Under the pieces are notes generated by a model, which was not told the origin of the DNA, searched no databases, and saw only the letters and a program-made list of their open reading frames with translations. Source: a virus (taxonomy: Duplodnaviria; Caudoviricetes). Taken from it: a stretch of DNA of 63,998 nucleotides. The stretch lies in IMG/VR virus record IMGVR_UViG_3300033134_000083, positions 1 to 63,998 of that record; one strand, written 5' to 3'. Every line of letters starts with the position of its first letter. Position 1 is the first letter of the stretch. Positions 26,822-35,501 of the stretch are shown here, piece after piece. A program made the translations under genes and the position numbers.

Positions 26822-27705
26822 AAGCACTCGTCACTGGCGACAAGGGTTTCATCGGCAGCCACGTTGCCAGTGAACTAAAATCCCGTGGCTACGAAGTGCA
26901 CGGCTACGACCTAGTTGACGACCGGGATGTGCGTAACCTACGTGGCGGCAGCCGCTACGACCTGATTATTCACTGCGCTGCCGTAGTCGGCGGACGACGG
27001 GTCATGGACTGGACCCCGCTGGAGCACGCAGTCAACCTGGCCATTGACGCGGCGTTGTTCCAGTACGCCCACCGTATTCGCGCTGGCCGCGTGGTGTACT
27101 TCTCTAGTTCCTGCGCATACCCCGCCATCTTGGGGGCTATCAACGGCCGGAAACTAGCCGAAGGCGACATCAACCTGGCTCAGCCACGGTGGCCGGACCA
27201 GCTTTACGGCTGGACCAAACTCACCGGGGAGCTACTCGCCCAAACAGCACGCGAAGCTGGCGTGCCTGTAAGCGTGGTACGGCCGTTCTCGGTGTACGGC
27301 CCACGTATGCGTGAAGGCTTCGCTGTCCGAGGCTTCCTGGAGCAGGTACAGCGCCGTAAAGACCCCGTCTCAGTTTGGGGTAACGCCGACCAGGTTAGGG
27401 ACTACATCCACGTAGCCGATGTAGCTAAGGCTGTAGCCACAGTAGCCGAGCAGCACATCGACGGCCCGGTCAATTTGGGCACTGGCGTTGGCACATCCCT
27501 AGCCGAACTAGTAGCCATGATGAGTGAAGCAGCAGGCTACGCTCCGACTGTGGAAGTGAACCGTGACATGCCCGCTGGTTACCCGTACCTCGTTGCGGAC
27601 GCCAAACTGCTGCACACGTTCTGCCCGCCGAGAATGGCGCTGGAAACCTACCTAGCTGAGGTGCTGGATGCTCGTCATGGTGCCGTCCAGGGAACGTCCC
27701 CGTAA
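26818..27705 (+). CDS. NAD-dependent epimerase/dehydratase
   Basis: VTGDKGFIG, SSSCAY, YGWTK and RDYIHVAD motifs. Confidence 0.9.
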   Translation: MKALVTGDKGFIGSHVASELKSRGYEVHGYDLVDDRDVRNLRGGSRYDLIIHCAAVVGGRRVMDWTPLEHAVNLAIDAALFQYAHRIRAGRVVYFSSSCAYPAILGAINGRKLAEGDINLAQPRWPDQLYGWTKLTGELLAQTAREAGVPVSVVRPFSVYGPRMREGFAVRGFLEQVQRRKDPVSVWGNADQVRDYIHVADVAKAVATVAEQHIDGPVNLGTGVGTSLAELVAMMSEAAGYAPTVEVNRDMPAGYPYLVADAKLLHTFCPPRMALETYLAEVLDARHGAVQGTSP

Positions 27706-28330
27706 CGTAGCCCGGTTCGCTCAGGCAGCCCAGCAAACCGCTACCACGGCTGACGTTGTGTTCATCTTTGATGAAGACGACCCGCTCCTAGCCGAATCCA
27801 TCAAAGCAGCAGGACCGTGGCGTTACGTCACCCAGCCACGCATGATTACCGTGCCTAAGGTTAACCACTTTGCTATGGCTAACTTGGACTACCCAGTGCT
27901 CATGTTCGCTGGCGACGACTGCATACCCCAAACCAAAAGCTGGGATGAACAACTAGCCGACGCTGCCGCAACTGGTTACGCCTACCCCAACGGACTAGGC
28001 CGCACCGACATACCAGAACACGTAGCTATCCGCAGTGACATAGTCGAAGCCTTGGGCTGGTTCATGCTGCCTGTTTTGTCCCACTACTACACGGACAACG
28101 CCTGGGCTGACCTAGGCAACGGCGCCAAATGCATTACGTACCTGTCTGACGTGGTTTTGGAGCACCGTAACCCGCTGTACCGCAAAGGCCCCAAAGACCA
28201 CGTCCTCAGGATGGCTGAACTACGCGGCGACGCCGACCGAGCTGCATACCAGCAATGGCACGACGACGGCTTTGCTGATGATTTGAAAACAGTGCAGCAG
28301 GTTACTGCCGGATCAAAACTTCAAGGATAG
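27668..28330 (+). CDS. GT-A (family 2-like) glycosyltransferase
   Basis: VPSRERP, FAGDD and HYYTDN motifs. Confidence 0.75.
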   Translation: MLVMVPSRERPRNVARFAQAAQQTATTADVVFIFDEDDPLLAESIKAAGPWRYVTQPRMITVPKVNHFAMANLDYPVLMFAGDDCIPQTKSWDEQLADAAATGYAYPNGLGRTDIPEHVAIRSDIVEALGWFMLPVLSHYYTDNAWADLGNGAKCITYLSDVVLEHRNPLYRKGPKDHVLRMAELRGDADRAAYQQWHDDGFADDLKTVQQVTAGSKLQG

Positions 28331-28335
28331 CCCCC

Positions 28336-28605
28336 ATGCCCCGCATTTCGCTCCCTCCCGGCTGTTACGGAGCCAAACTCCCTACCCGTGAAGTAAACGA
28401 CAAACCCGGTGGTCACATCACCGTGACCGACCAGGAAGCACGCTGGATAGCTAACAGTAGTAATGGCCAGCTAGGCATCCTTTCCGCCACTCAAGCGCTT
28501 AGCTTCGGCACAAAGAAGAGCCGGTTGTGCCCTAGCTGTGCTCGGTTGTGGAATGCGTGGTCGGCTGAGTGCCCTCGTTGTGGGGCTGAGACTCAGGAAG
28601 CATAA
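28336..28605 (+). CDS. small zinc-ribbon protein
   Basis: CPSC...CPRCG. Confidence 0.6.
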   Translation: MPRISLPPGCYGAKLPTREVNDKPGGHITVTDQEARWIANSSNGQLGILSATQALSFGTKKSRLCPSCARLWNAWSAECPRCGAETQEA

Positions 28606-28726
28606 GCACTTCAACGCAATTGCCGTTTTCAGCGCTAAACGACGGCTTCTTCCATTCAGCTGGCGGTAGCACCTCAACGCAATTGCCGTTGAGGTTGCTC
28701 AAGGAAGATTTTCTCCAACTATTCAC
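28532..28726 (-). CDS. leaderless DUF397-like peptide with a tandem motif
   Basis: WRKSSLSNLNGNCVEV followed by WKKPSFSAENGNCVEV; TATAGT 7 nt before GTG. Confidence 0.7.
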   Translation of the reverse strand: MNSWRKSSLSNLNGNCVEVLPPAEWKKPSFSAENGNCVEVLMLPESQPHNEGTQPTTHSTTEHS

Positions 28727-28759
28727 ATTAGCAACTATACCACAAAAGGAAACCCCTGC

Positions 28760-29410
28760 ATGGCTGTTTATGCCCGCAGCGACGTAGCTTCCGTCGCTAT
28801 CCCTGTCAGCGACGGAGGTTGTGGTGACATCCACTTCCGACCCGTCGTCCAGGGCGCACCCGCTAAAGTATGGAAGCTAACTTGTGGCCCCTGCGAAACC
28901 TACCTCAAAAGGGACATCACTGCGTCCACTATCGAGTGGACTGACAAAGAACACGTCAAACACATTTACAACACGTCCACTTGGGGTGACGACCCCACCC
29001 GCATTCCGCTCACTCCCGACGAGGAACGCGTGTCGAACTCGATGGAGAAGCAAGGCAAGGCGGCCATGGCGTCCGTCTTCGAAGGAATGGCTAAAGGCTT
29101 TATCACCGAACAGCAGCGCGCCACAGCCGCCGACACGGAAGCCTCCATCTACGCTCAAGCGCAAACGCAGGCTGCGAAAGAAATCGAAGACCTAAAAGCC
29201 CAGATTGCTGCTCTCCAAGAAGCCTTCGGTACTAGTCAGCCGCTACGACGCGAGAAGAAAGGGACCATCGTTCCCGAGAGCCCGAACCTTCCCACCGGCC
29301 TAAAGGGCATCTGCCCAGAATGCGGTGGGCCACTCCGTAAACCGGGTCAGCGTGGCGCCACTCCGAAAGTGTGTACTAGCTGCAGAGCTAAAGCAAAGGT
29401 GTTAGCTTAG
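28760..29410 (+). CDS. zinc-finger/coiled-coil hypothetical protein
   Basis: GC.D.H, CGPC, coiled coil, CPEC...CTSC. Confidence 0.65.
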   Translation: MAVYARSDVASVAIPVSDGGCGDIHFRPVVQGAPAKVWKLTCGPCETYLKRDITASTIEWTDKEHVKHIYNTSTWGDDPTRIPLTPDEERVSNSMEKQGKAAMASVFEGMAKGFITEQQRATAADTEASIYAQAQTQAAKEIEDLKAQIAALQEAFGTSQPLRREKKGTIVPESPNLPTGLKGICPECGGPLRKPGQRGATPKVCTSCRAKAKVLA

Positions 29411-29411
29411 G

Positions 29412-29609
29412 TTGTCGTGGCGGCGGCGGGGCGCACCCAGTATGCACGGAAGCGAGTGCCAGCGTTGTGGCACGAGTGGGCGCGGGCGTACTGGACGGCG
29501 CTCTGCCATCGCCACCTGCCGTAGCTGCGGAAAGCAAATCTGCGAGAAGCATGCCACGTGGGATGGCGAAAATTATTTGTGCACATTCTGCAAAAGAAAC
29601 GGCCTTTAA
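29412..29609 (+). CDS. small Cys-rich zinc-finger protein
   Basis: CQRC, CRSC, CEKH, CTFC. Confidence 0.6.
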   Translation: MSWRRRGAPSMHGSECQRCGTSGRGRTGRRSAIATCRSCGKQICEKHATWDGENYLCTFCKRNGL

Positions 29610-29610
29610 C

Positions 29611-29903
29611 CGTATCTTCTCTGGCTACCGTCGGGACTGTGGCCCGCTTCTTGTCTGGCTTTCGTTTTCACCGTGAGCCTGCCTGGCGTTCGATAGGCTC
29701 TGGAAACTGCAAGCTTGATGGCTTTCGCAACATCTCTGGCTTTCGCACCCTTTCTGGGATGCTGCAACGACGATGGCTACCGTTCCACCCCTGAGCCGCC
29801 GGTTCGCTGGCTATCGCATCACCTTTGGGCGGTTACTTACCTTAGCTATCGCGCGAGCGCTGGCTAAGGACCGCGCTGTATCTGGCTATGGTTGCAATCA
29901 TGG
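29611..29903 (-). repeat. TIGR-like dual-repeat array A (about 17 CCA-N9-CG modules, partly degenerate)
   Basis: Alternating CG(at/aa/gt)agCCA and short CG/CA..CCA repeats separated by 9-nt unique spacers; TATAGT at 29917-29922. Confidence 0.75.
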
Positions 29904-29940
29904 GTTACATTTTTTAACTATACCCCTAGGACGGAGGTCC

Positions 29941-30873
29941 TTGGCCGTATATGGACCGGGCACTCCGTATCTGACCCCTCAGCTGCTGACGAATGCGCCG
30001 ACTGGAATAACGTGGAAATCAATTCCGAATCCACGGGCTACACCACCTGAGCAATATGCTGAGCAAATCAATATATGTGCCCGTGCTACCAGCATAGTTG
30101 ACACCGCGTGTAACCAAGTAATACGTGCCACCATTGACACGGAAACTCATTACGGCCCTGACTATTACGTCACTATCAATAGCCAGACTGGCGTTGGTCG
30201 CATCGAGTTGCAACGCTGGCCCATTGTTCAAGTACTTGGTGGGCAGTGGAACAGCGCTGCTACGTTCCCACCGGACTGGCAGCCCATCGCTGAGAACCAG
30301 TTCGCTATCGAACGTCCCATCATCGGTCTCTACGGCACGTCAGCACCGTCTGACGCTGGCGAAGGCGGCCAGGCTGTCCTGGTAGCACCCGGCTACCTAA
30401 CGTGGGCTTACGGACGCCGTGGTATACAGATCCAAGTTCAGTACGTCAACGGCTGGCCGCACACATCGCTGACGGTAGCTGCGACGGCTGGTAGTTCCGT
30501 AGTTCAAGTAGATGACTGCACCGGCTGGGCTCCCGTTACGTCCGGCGGCCAGGGCGCAACGGGAGTCCTTAAAGACTCATCCGACCAAGAACCCGTCACG
30601 GTAACAGCAGCCAGCACTACGGCCGGTCCCGGAACTTTGACGCTAGCGTCGCCGCTAGAGTTCGGTCACGGCGCTGGGGTACTGCTCACCACCATTCCAG
30701 AACAGCTTCAGCAAGCCACTATCCTGTTCGCTGCTGCTCAAGCACTTGTCCGGGGTGCGACCGCCACCACCATTCAAACCATTAGCGGCACCGGTCAGGC
30801 TACAGCCGCAGGAGCGGACGAGCTAAACCAGCAAGCCAGGGCTCTTTGCGTGCCATACAAGAGAGTTTGGTGA
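29941..30873 (+). CDS. head-to-tail adaptor-like protein
   Basis: PYLTP...ICARATSIVD...Y.NGWPH...IPEQLQQATIL...PYKRVW; GGAGGTCC-TTG start. Confidence 0.7.
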   Translation: MAVYGPGTPYLTPQLLTNAPTGITWKSIPNPRATPPEQYAEQINICARATSIVDTACNQVIRATIDTETHYGPDYYVTINSQTGVGRIELQRWPIVQVLGGQWNSAATFPPDWQPIAENQFAIERPIIGLYGTSAPSDAGEGGQAVLVAPGYLTWAYGRRGIQIQVQYVNGWPHTSLTVAATAGSSVVQVDDCTGWAPVTSGGQGATGVLKDSSDQEPVTVTAASTTAGPGTLTLASPLEFGHGAGVLLTTIPEQLQQATILFAAAQALVRGATATTIQTISGTGQATAAGADELNQQARALCVPYKRVW

Positions 30874-30999
30874 GCGTGCTATGAAACGGAAGTCAGCGGA
30901 GTATGCTGGCGGTACGGTCCCAGGAGAGCGGAGCCTGACCGCTAGCGGTTCCGAGGGCTATCGGGAGGGGATGCCGTTCGACTCGGCGTCCCGACTGTT

Positions 31000-31548
31000 T
31001 CAGGACTCCTGGGACCCTCGGCGGTACTCCCATAGCCGTCGAACGTTTTCGCTGTTAGTTACCGTTTCCATGTGCGCTGGGTTACAGCAAAGAATGTTTC
31101 GGCACAGATGGTCAATAGTTAGACCCGCTGGAATCGGTCCTACTATTAGTTCGTAAGCAAACCGATGAGCCCCAACTACTTCTTCGCTGGTAATTCCGAA
31201 GCGTCCGTACCCGTCGCTAGTCGTCCCTTCCAGCCACGGCCAGCACTCTTCCGCGTCGCAGCGCTGAACCTTTCCCCAGAAGCGCTCCTCCACCGGAAGC
31301 CCTTGAGGGCGCACCATAAGCAATGGATCACCATTGCGCTTCCAACGGTGATAATGAAGCGAACACCAGCCGCGCGCTAGTCGTACGCCTTCACATCCTT
31401 CTACAATGCAGCTTGTGTCTACTGGATGCCATCGCGATGGCTTAAGGATTGTCGCGTTTCCGTGCTTACGCCATCTTTGGTAGTGAAGCGTACACATATC
31501 CCGGCAGAAGGCAGGCCGCTCGCAGTCAACGATTGAGCAGTTTGTCAC
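31000..31548 (-). CDS. HNH homing endonuclease
   Basis: Two CxxxxC..C.LHY repeats; GYGRF, AHRFAY, IDHLCRNILCCNPAH...EN; TACGAT 6 nt before GTG. Confidence 0.9.
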   Translation of the reverse strand: MTNCSIVDCERPAFCRDMCTLHYQRWRKHGNATILKPSRWHPVDTSCIVEGCEGVRLARGWCSLHYHRWKRNGDPLLMVRPQGLPVEERFWGKVQRCDAEECWPWLEGTTSDGYGRFGITSEEVVGAHRFAYELIVGPIPAGLTIDHLCRNILCCNPAHMETVTNSENVRRLWEYRRGSQES

Positions 31549-31585
31549 CGCTCAATCGTACATTAAGGAGGGCCGAGCCTCGCCG

Positions 31586-32086
31586 GTGAATAGCTGCCAG
31601 CTCTACATCAAGAACATGATTAACGGGTTGACCGTACCGGGGAACGCTAACTCCCTCCTGGCGTACATCACCCCAGAAGACCCCTTTGACGACACTAACC
31701 CCGCTGCGTACATCTGGCCCAGTACCGGCAACGAGGACCGGCAAGCCGTTCCCCGGGTTGGCGCTGACATTTACAATCCTACTCAAGCGGGCTGGAAAAC
31801 TCTCACCCACGACCTGGACATTTACCTAACCTGGTTTAACGACGACAGCGACCCTAACGCTGACATCTCATTCCCAGCCGTCCTTGACGTCGTCATGTAC
31901 ACGTACCGGTCTAGCGCTAACCCAGCCGTTGTAGCTGACCCGCTAACCGGGCTGCAATCCCAGCTTATTGACGTGGGTGAACGCATGACGTACCGAATGG
32001 CTGGTATTCACGCTACAGCCGACCAGAGGTGGCTGAGGTACGACGCGCAGCTCACCTTGACTATCATTGAAGAGCTGCAAAGCTAG
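31586..32086 (+). CDS. tail completion/terminator-like protein
   Basis: Size and position directly before the tail tube gene. Confidence 0.5.
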   Translation: MNSCQLYIKNMINGLTVPGNANSLLAYITPEDPFDDTNPAAYIWPSTGNEDRQAVPRVGADIYNPTQAGWKTLTHDLDIYLTWFNDDSDPNADISFPAVLDVVMYTYRSSANPAVVADPLTGLQSQLIDVGERMTYRMAGIHATADQRWLRYDAQLTLTIIEELQS

Positions 32087-32097
32087 GTCGGCCAGCT

Positions 32098-32354
32098 CGC
32101 CGGATCTTTGGCTCACGTCTGTGGGGTGGAACCCGCAAGGTCTATGGCTATCGCATTGCTGTTGGGCCGCGGTGTCCCTGGCCTTCGTCCTCCCGCTGGA
32201 ACCTTAAAATCGCGGCCCTCATGGCTAACGTTGGCTGGCTGGCTGGGCAGAACCGCTACATCTGTGGCTATCGCGCCCGGCTTGGGCCGTGTGCCCCCTG
32301 GCTTTCGTCTTCCCCATGGGACCGCAGTATGTTTGGCTTTTGCGGTGATTATGG
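32098..32354 (-). repeat. TIGR-like dual-repeat array B (about 13 CCA-N9-CG modules)
   Basis: e.g. CCA aacatactg CG gtc CCA tggggaaga CG aaag CCA gggggcaca CG gc CCA agccgggcg CG atag CCA; TATACT at 32366-32371. Confidence 0.8.
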
Positions 32355-32389
32355 ACTTTAAAGCAAGTATACGCTAATACCGGAGGTAA

Positions 32390-33682
32390 ATGACTGCGAT
32401 AGTCATCGCAACGCCGCAGCCTGTTTTCCCAGTCTCTGAGCGTTTTGTCGGCATTGCCCGGGAAACTACCTACGGTACTGCGGTCAACCCTGCCTACACT
32501 ATACCTCTCACTTCGTTCACCCCGTCCGACAAACCCGTATGGGTTATGGACGAAGCATGGCGTGGTGCCATGGCGGGCGAGTACGACATGCTGCAGGGTC
32601 CCATCTGGGCTGAGACAGCGTTCGCTGGTCCGGTATACGGCGACACGGTTGGGCACCTGCTTTATAACATCTTGGGAGATTATACCCAGTCAGCTACCAG
32701 CACTACGCCCACTACGACGCTGTCGTCAGCAGTCGCGTATGGGGTGGGCACCATTCCCGTAGCTACCGGTACGTCATTCACCAACGGTATGTATGTGGAA
32801 GTGTTCCAGAGTGGGAGCACCGGCCCGGCTGAAATCTGCCAGGTATCCAGCTCCACGTCAACTACTATCGTGTTCTCGGCTGCTACACCCATTCGGTTTG
32901 CCCACTCGTCTGGTGCGACCGTCACAAACACGAACGTGTCGGCTGGCACCTACACCAACACGTTTACGTTGCTGAACGGAACTGTAGGCCAGGACGCTAT
33001 GGGCGCCGGTCAGCCACCAAGCCACACCTTCACCGACCGCACCCAAGTACCAGGGTCCGCAGGCAACCTCGCCGCTCAGTACGCGTTTGGGTGTTTGTCG
33101 CAGCTAACCCTAACGGGTAGCGCCCAGGGAATTTTTATGCACTCAGGGAACCTGACCAGCTTCTCCTACGCACAACCTAGCGCTGCGCCCACCGCTAACG
33201 TGTCCTCGGTGCGTGCTACGCCAAACTGGCGCTCCACCATCGGCGTCAACGGAACCGTGTCCGGCTCCCCCGTGGACGACATCACCGAATGGGAGTTCGC
33301 GCTGAACCGAGTCGTGGAACCCATCCCCACCACGGACGGTACGCAGTCGCCATACACCATAGCCCGAGGCAAGTTCACTGCTACCGCGAAGCTTACGTTC
33401 CAGCCTAGCGTTGACTTGTCTGCGCTGACTTACATGTTGAACAACACTCAGCCGCAGCTACAAATCATCTACTCAAACGGCCTATCGGGTACCAGTAACA
33501 TTACGTACACGATTAATGTTCAGCTAGGTGCGTTCGACACGGCTAACATCAACGAGTCTTCGGCACTGTTCGGGTACGACGTAACCGCTAAGCTGATTGC
33601 TAACACCACGAACGGCATTGGCTGGTCCGGTAGTTACTCACCAATCAGCATTGCTATAGCTAATTCGATTCCAGTTTACTGA
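32390..33682 (+). CDS. major tail tube protein with Ser/Thr-rich insertion
   Basis: VGIARETTYGTAV N-terminus; PPSHTFTD; position in the operon. Confidence 0.8.
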   Translation: MTAIVIATPQPVFPVSERFVGIARETTYGTAVNPAYTIPLTSFTPSDKPVWVMDEAWRGAMAGEYDMLQGPIWAETAFAGPVYGDTVGHLLYNILGDYTQSATSTTPTTTLSSAVAYGVGTIPVATGTSFTNGMYVEVFQSGSTGPAEICQVSSSTSTTIVFSAATPIRFAHSSGATVTNTNVSAGTYTNTFTLLNGTVGQDAMGAGQPPSHTFTDRTQVPGSAGNLAAQYAFGCLSQLTLTGSAQGIFMHSGNLTSFSYAQPSAAPTANVSSVRATPNWRSTIGVNGTVSGSPVDDITEWEFALNRVVEPIPTTDGTQSPYTIARGKFTATAKLTFQPSVDLSALTYMLNNTQPQLQIIYSNGLSGTSNITYTINVQLGAFDTANINESSALFGYDVTAKLIANTTNGIGWSGSYSPISIAIANSIPVY

Positions 33683-33684
33683 TG

Positions 33685-33714
33685 AAAAAGCCCGGACGGG
33701 CTTCCGTCCGGGCT
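33685..33714 (-). terminator. intrinsic terminator
   Basis: agcccggacgg / ccgtccgggct stem with an A-tract on its left. Confidence 0.7.
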
Positions 33715-33743
33715 CCTCCCAAGAAGCTTATCCGGTGAGTACC

Positions 33744-33890
33744 TCAATGAGAGCTCCTTTCCGGGTTCCGCTGGGTGCGCGCCGGGTTGTTCTTAGTCCG
33801 GCGATGCTCAGCCGCATACCGGGCACACTTAACCCGGTTACGCCCATGCTTGCGGTTCTTGTGTCCCTGCTTACGCGGGGCTCCTGCCAT
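33744..33890 (-). CDS. 48-aa highly basic peptide (not in the ORF track)
   Basis: GGGAGGTG RBS; MAGAPRKQGHKNRKHGRNRVKCARYAAEHRRTKNNPARTQRNPERSSH; followed by a terminator. Confidence 0.6.
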   Translation of the reverse strand: MAGAPRKQGHKNRKHGRNRVKCARYAAEHRRTKNNPARTQRNPERSSH

Positions 33891-34066
33891 TGTGGTTCAC
33901 CTCCCTTCGGCTGGCTAATGCCTGCCTGGGAGATGGCGCAGAACCATCGCGTATCCTCCTTCCTGTGAGCTTCGCTTCAGCTTTGGCTTCCGCTGCTTCC
34001 ATGGCAACGTATGCCCTCGCTCCTACTATGGAGCTAATACTTACTATAACCCGTGAAAGGGAGGCA

Positions 34067-34653
34067 ATGAAACTGGAATTGACTAGCGGTCAGTGGATTG
34101 AGCTGCGTGATGTTAACCAGCTCACCGCAGGTGACAAACTAGCGCTTCACGCATCCACCGAACTACCGATGCAAGGCAGCCAGATTGACGAGTTCGCCGA
34201 AGGCCGTGGTACGTTCACGTTCAGCCTGGGCACGGTCGATGAGCAGTTGTACGGCGTTCTAGCACGCATCATCCAAGCATGGAGCTACCCGTACTGCCTG
34301 CCTAAGGACGACATTTCCCGAGACTTGGACACGGGTAAGCGTACGTATGCGGATAGCTTGGCCCGGCTACCGCTCGATGACTGGAACGAACTAGAAGAAG
34401 CCACTGCCGAGCACATGAATAAGCTGCGGCAGTCCCCAAAAGGGCGCAAAACGACCTCTACTACCTCCGGGCGTTCCTCACGGGCAAAGGTCGAGAACTC
34501 CCGCCCGGCCTAGACCCGCTTACCCTTCGGCGTTGTCTTTACCTCATCAAGTTCCGGCTTACCCCCGAGGAAGCTGACGCGCTGCCGGTAGAGGTGGACC
34601 AGTGGCTGCTGCCAGTCTGGCTGACTATTCAGAAGATTGAGAACGGCCAATGA
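34067..34653 (+). CDS. tail assembly chaperone: short form ends 34513, long form by -1 frameshift at CCCAAAA (34435-34441)
   Basis: X XXY YYZ heptamer in frame; -1 frame reads ...FRLTPEEADALPVEVDQWLLP... and ends overlapping the next ATG. Confidence 0.8.
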
Positions 34654-35159
34654 CCCCAGACGAGCTACCCGCCTACATGGACGCATTGCTTAGCCGGGTC
34701 AACGAAGGAGGTCGCGCTGCATGCGACGGAATGGTCGCTGCTTTCGACAAAGGCATTAAAAGCGACGAGCTGATTCGCACTACCGGGCATCCGTCAGCAC
34801 CAGGTTCCCCGCCAGCGCTGGAAACAGGGCGGCTACGGGCTAGTTTCCGCATCAAGCACGCTGAAGAGATAGGCGCTTACCGGTGGCGTTCATCGGATGC
34901 ACCGAACACAGTTTACGCACACATCCAGGAATACGGCGGAGATATTTGGGCTAAACATACGTATGTGGACAAGCGCACTGGTGTGACCCGTCCCGGCTTC
35001 CTTCGATGGAAGGGTGGGGACGGGGGCTTTCATTTTGCCCGCCACGTTCACCTACCCAAACGCCCGTACATGCACCCGGCAGCTATCAGAATGAGTGGAG
35101 ACGGCACCCTGCGTAAAGGTGCCGTCTCCGGTTTCGAGCGCGAAATGGGCTGGGATTAA
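34650..35159 (+). CDS. HK97 gp10-like neck/tail completion protein
   Basis: SAPGSPPALETGRLRAS, YAHIQEYGG and PKRPYM.PA motifs. Confidence 0.75.
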   Translation: MTPDELPAYMDALLSRVNEGGRAACDGMVAAFDKGIKSDELIRTTGHPSAPGSPPALETGRLRASFRIKHAEEIGAYRWRSSDAPNTVYAHIQEYGGDIWAKHTYVDKRTGVTRPGFLRWKGGDGGFHFARHVHLPKRPYMHPAAIRMSGDGTLRKGAVSGFEREMGWD

Positions 35160-35243
35160 CGAATCCGGTACTTGCCCCGAACTGGTGGCTTCTCACCCGC
35201 CCGAACCTGTTCGTCGTAGGCGTTGGCGTATAACTGCTCCGCG

Positions 35244-35501
35244 TTAACGCGAGTGCCATGCGGAGCGTTCGTCGCAGCCAGCCGCTGAAGGCGAACAAAA
35301 GGTTGTTCCGCCGAAGCGTCCATCAGCTGTTTCGTACTGGACCGTCCTCAGTACGTCGCCCCTGAGGTCGCTCATAGCCCGTGCAACGCGGACAGCTTCA
35401 GCCAGAATTTCGTCCGGCGCAGCATCCTCGGAGACAACGGTACCGGTGCTCAGCTTACGTACAACTTCGAACTTGACGGTAACGTCCACTTGTTCGTTCA
35501 C
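35244..35501 (-). CDS. hypothetical protein (antisense insert)
   Basis: GTGA overlap with the upstream minus-strand gene. Confidence 0.45.
   Translation of the reverse strand: MNEQVDVTVKFEVVRKLSTGTVVSEDAAPDEILAEAVRVARAMSDLRGDVLRTVQYETADGRFGGTTFCSPSAAGCDERSAWHSR

Noticed and set aside
29611-32354. Calling the two repeat arrays CRISPR arrays
   Set aside because: Repeats are only 7-10 nt, of two alternating types, with 9-nt spacers and no cas operon; this does not fit CRISPR geometry.
34435-34441. Tail chaperone -1 frameshift as a novelty
   Set aside because: Well supported but a standard feature of long-tailed phages; listed as a feature only.
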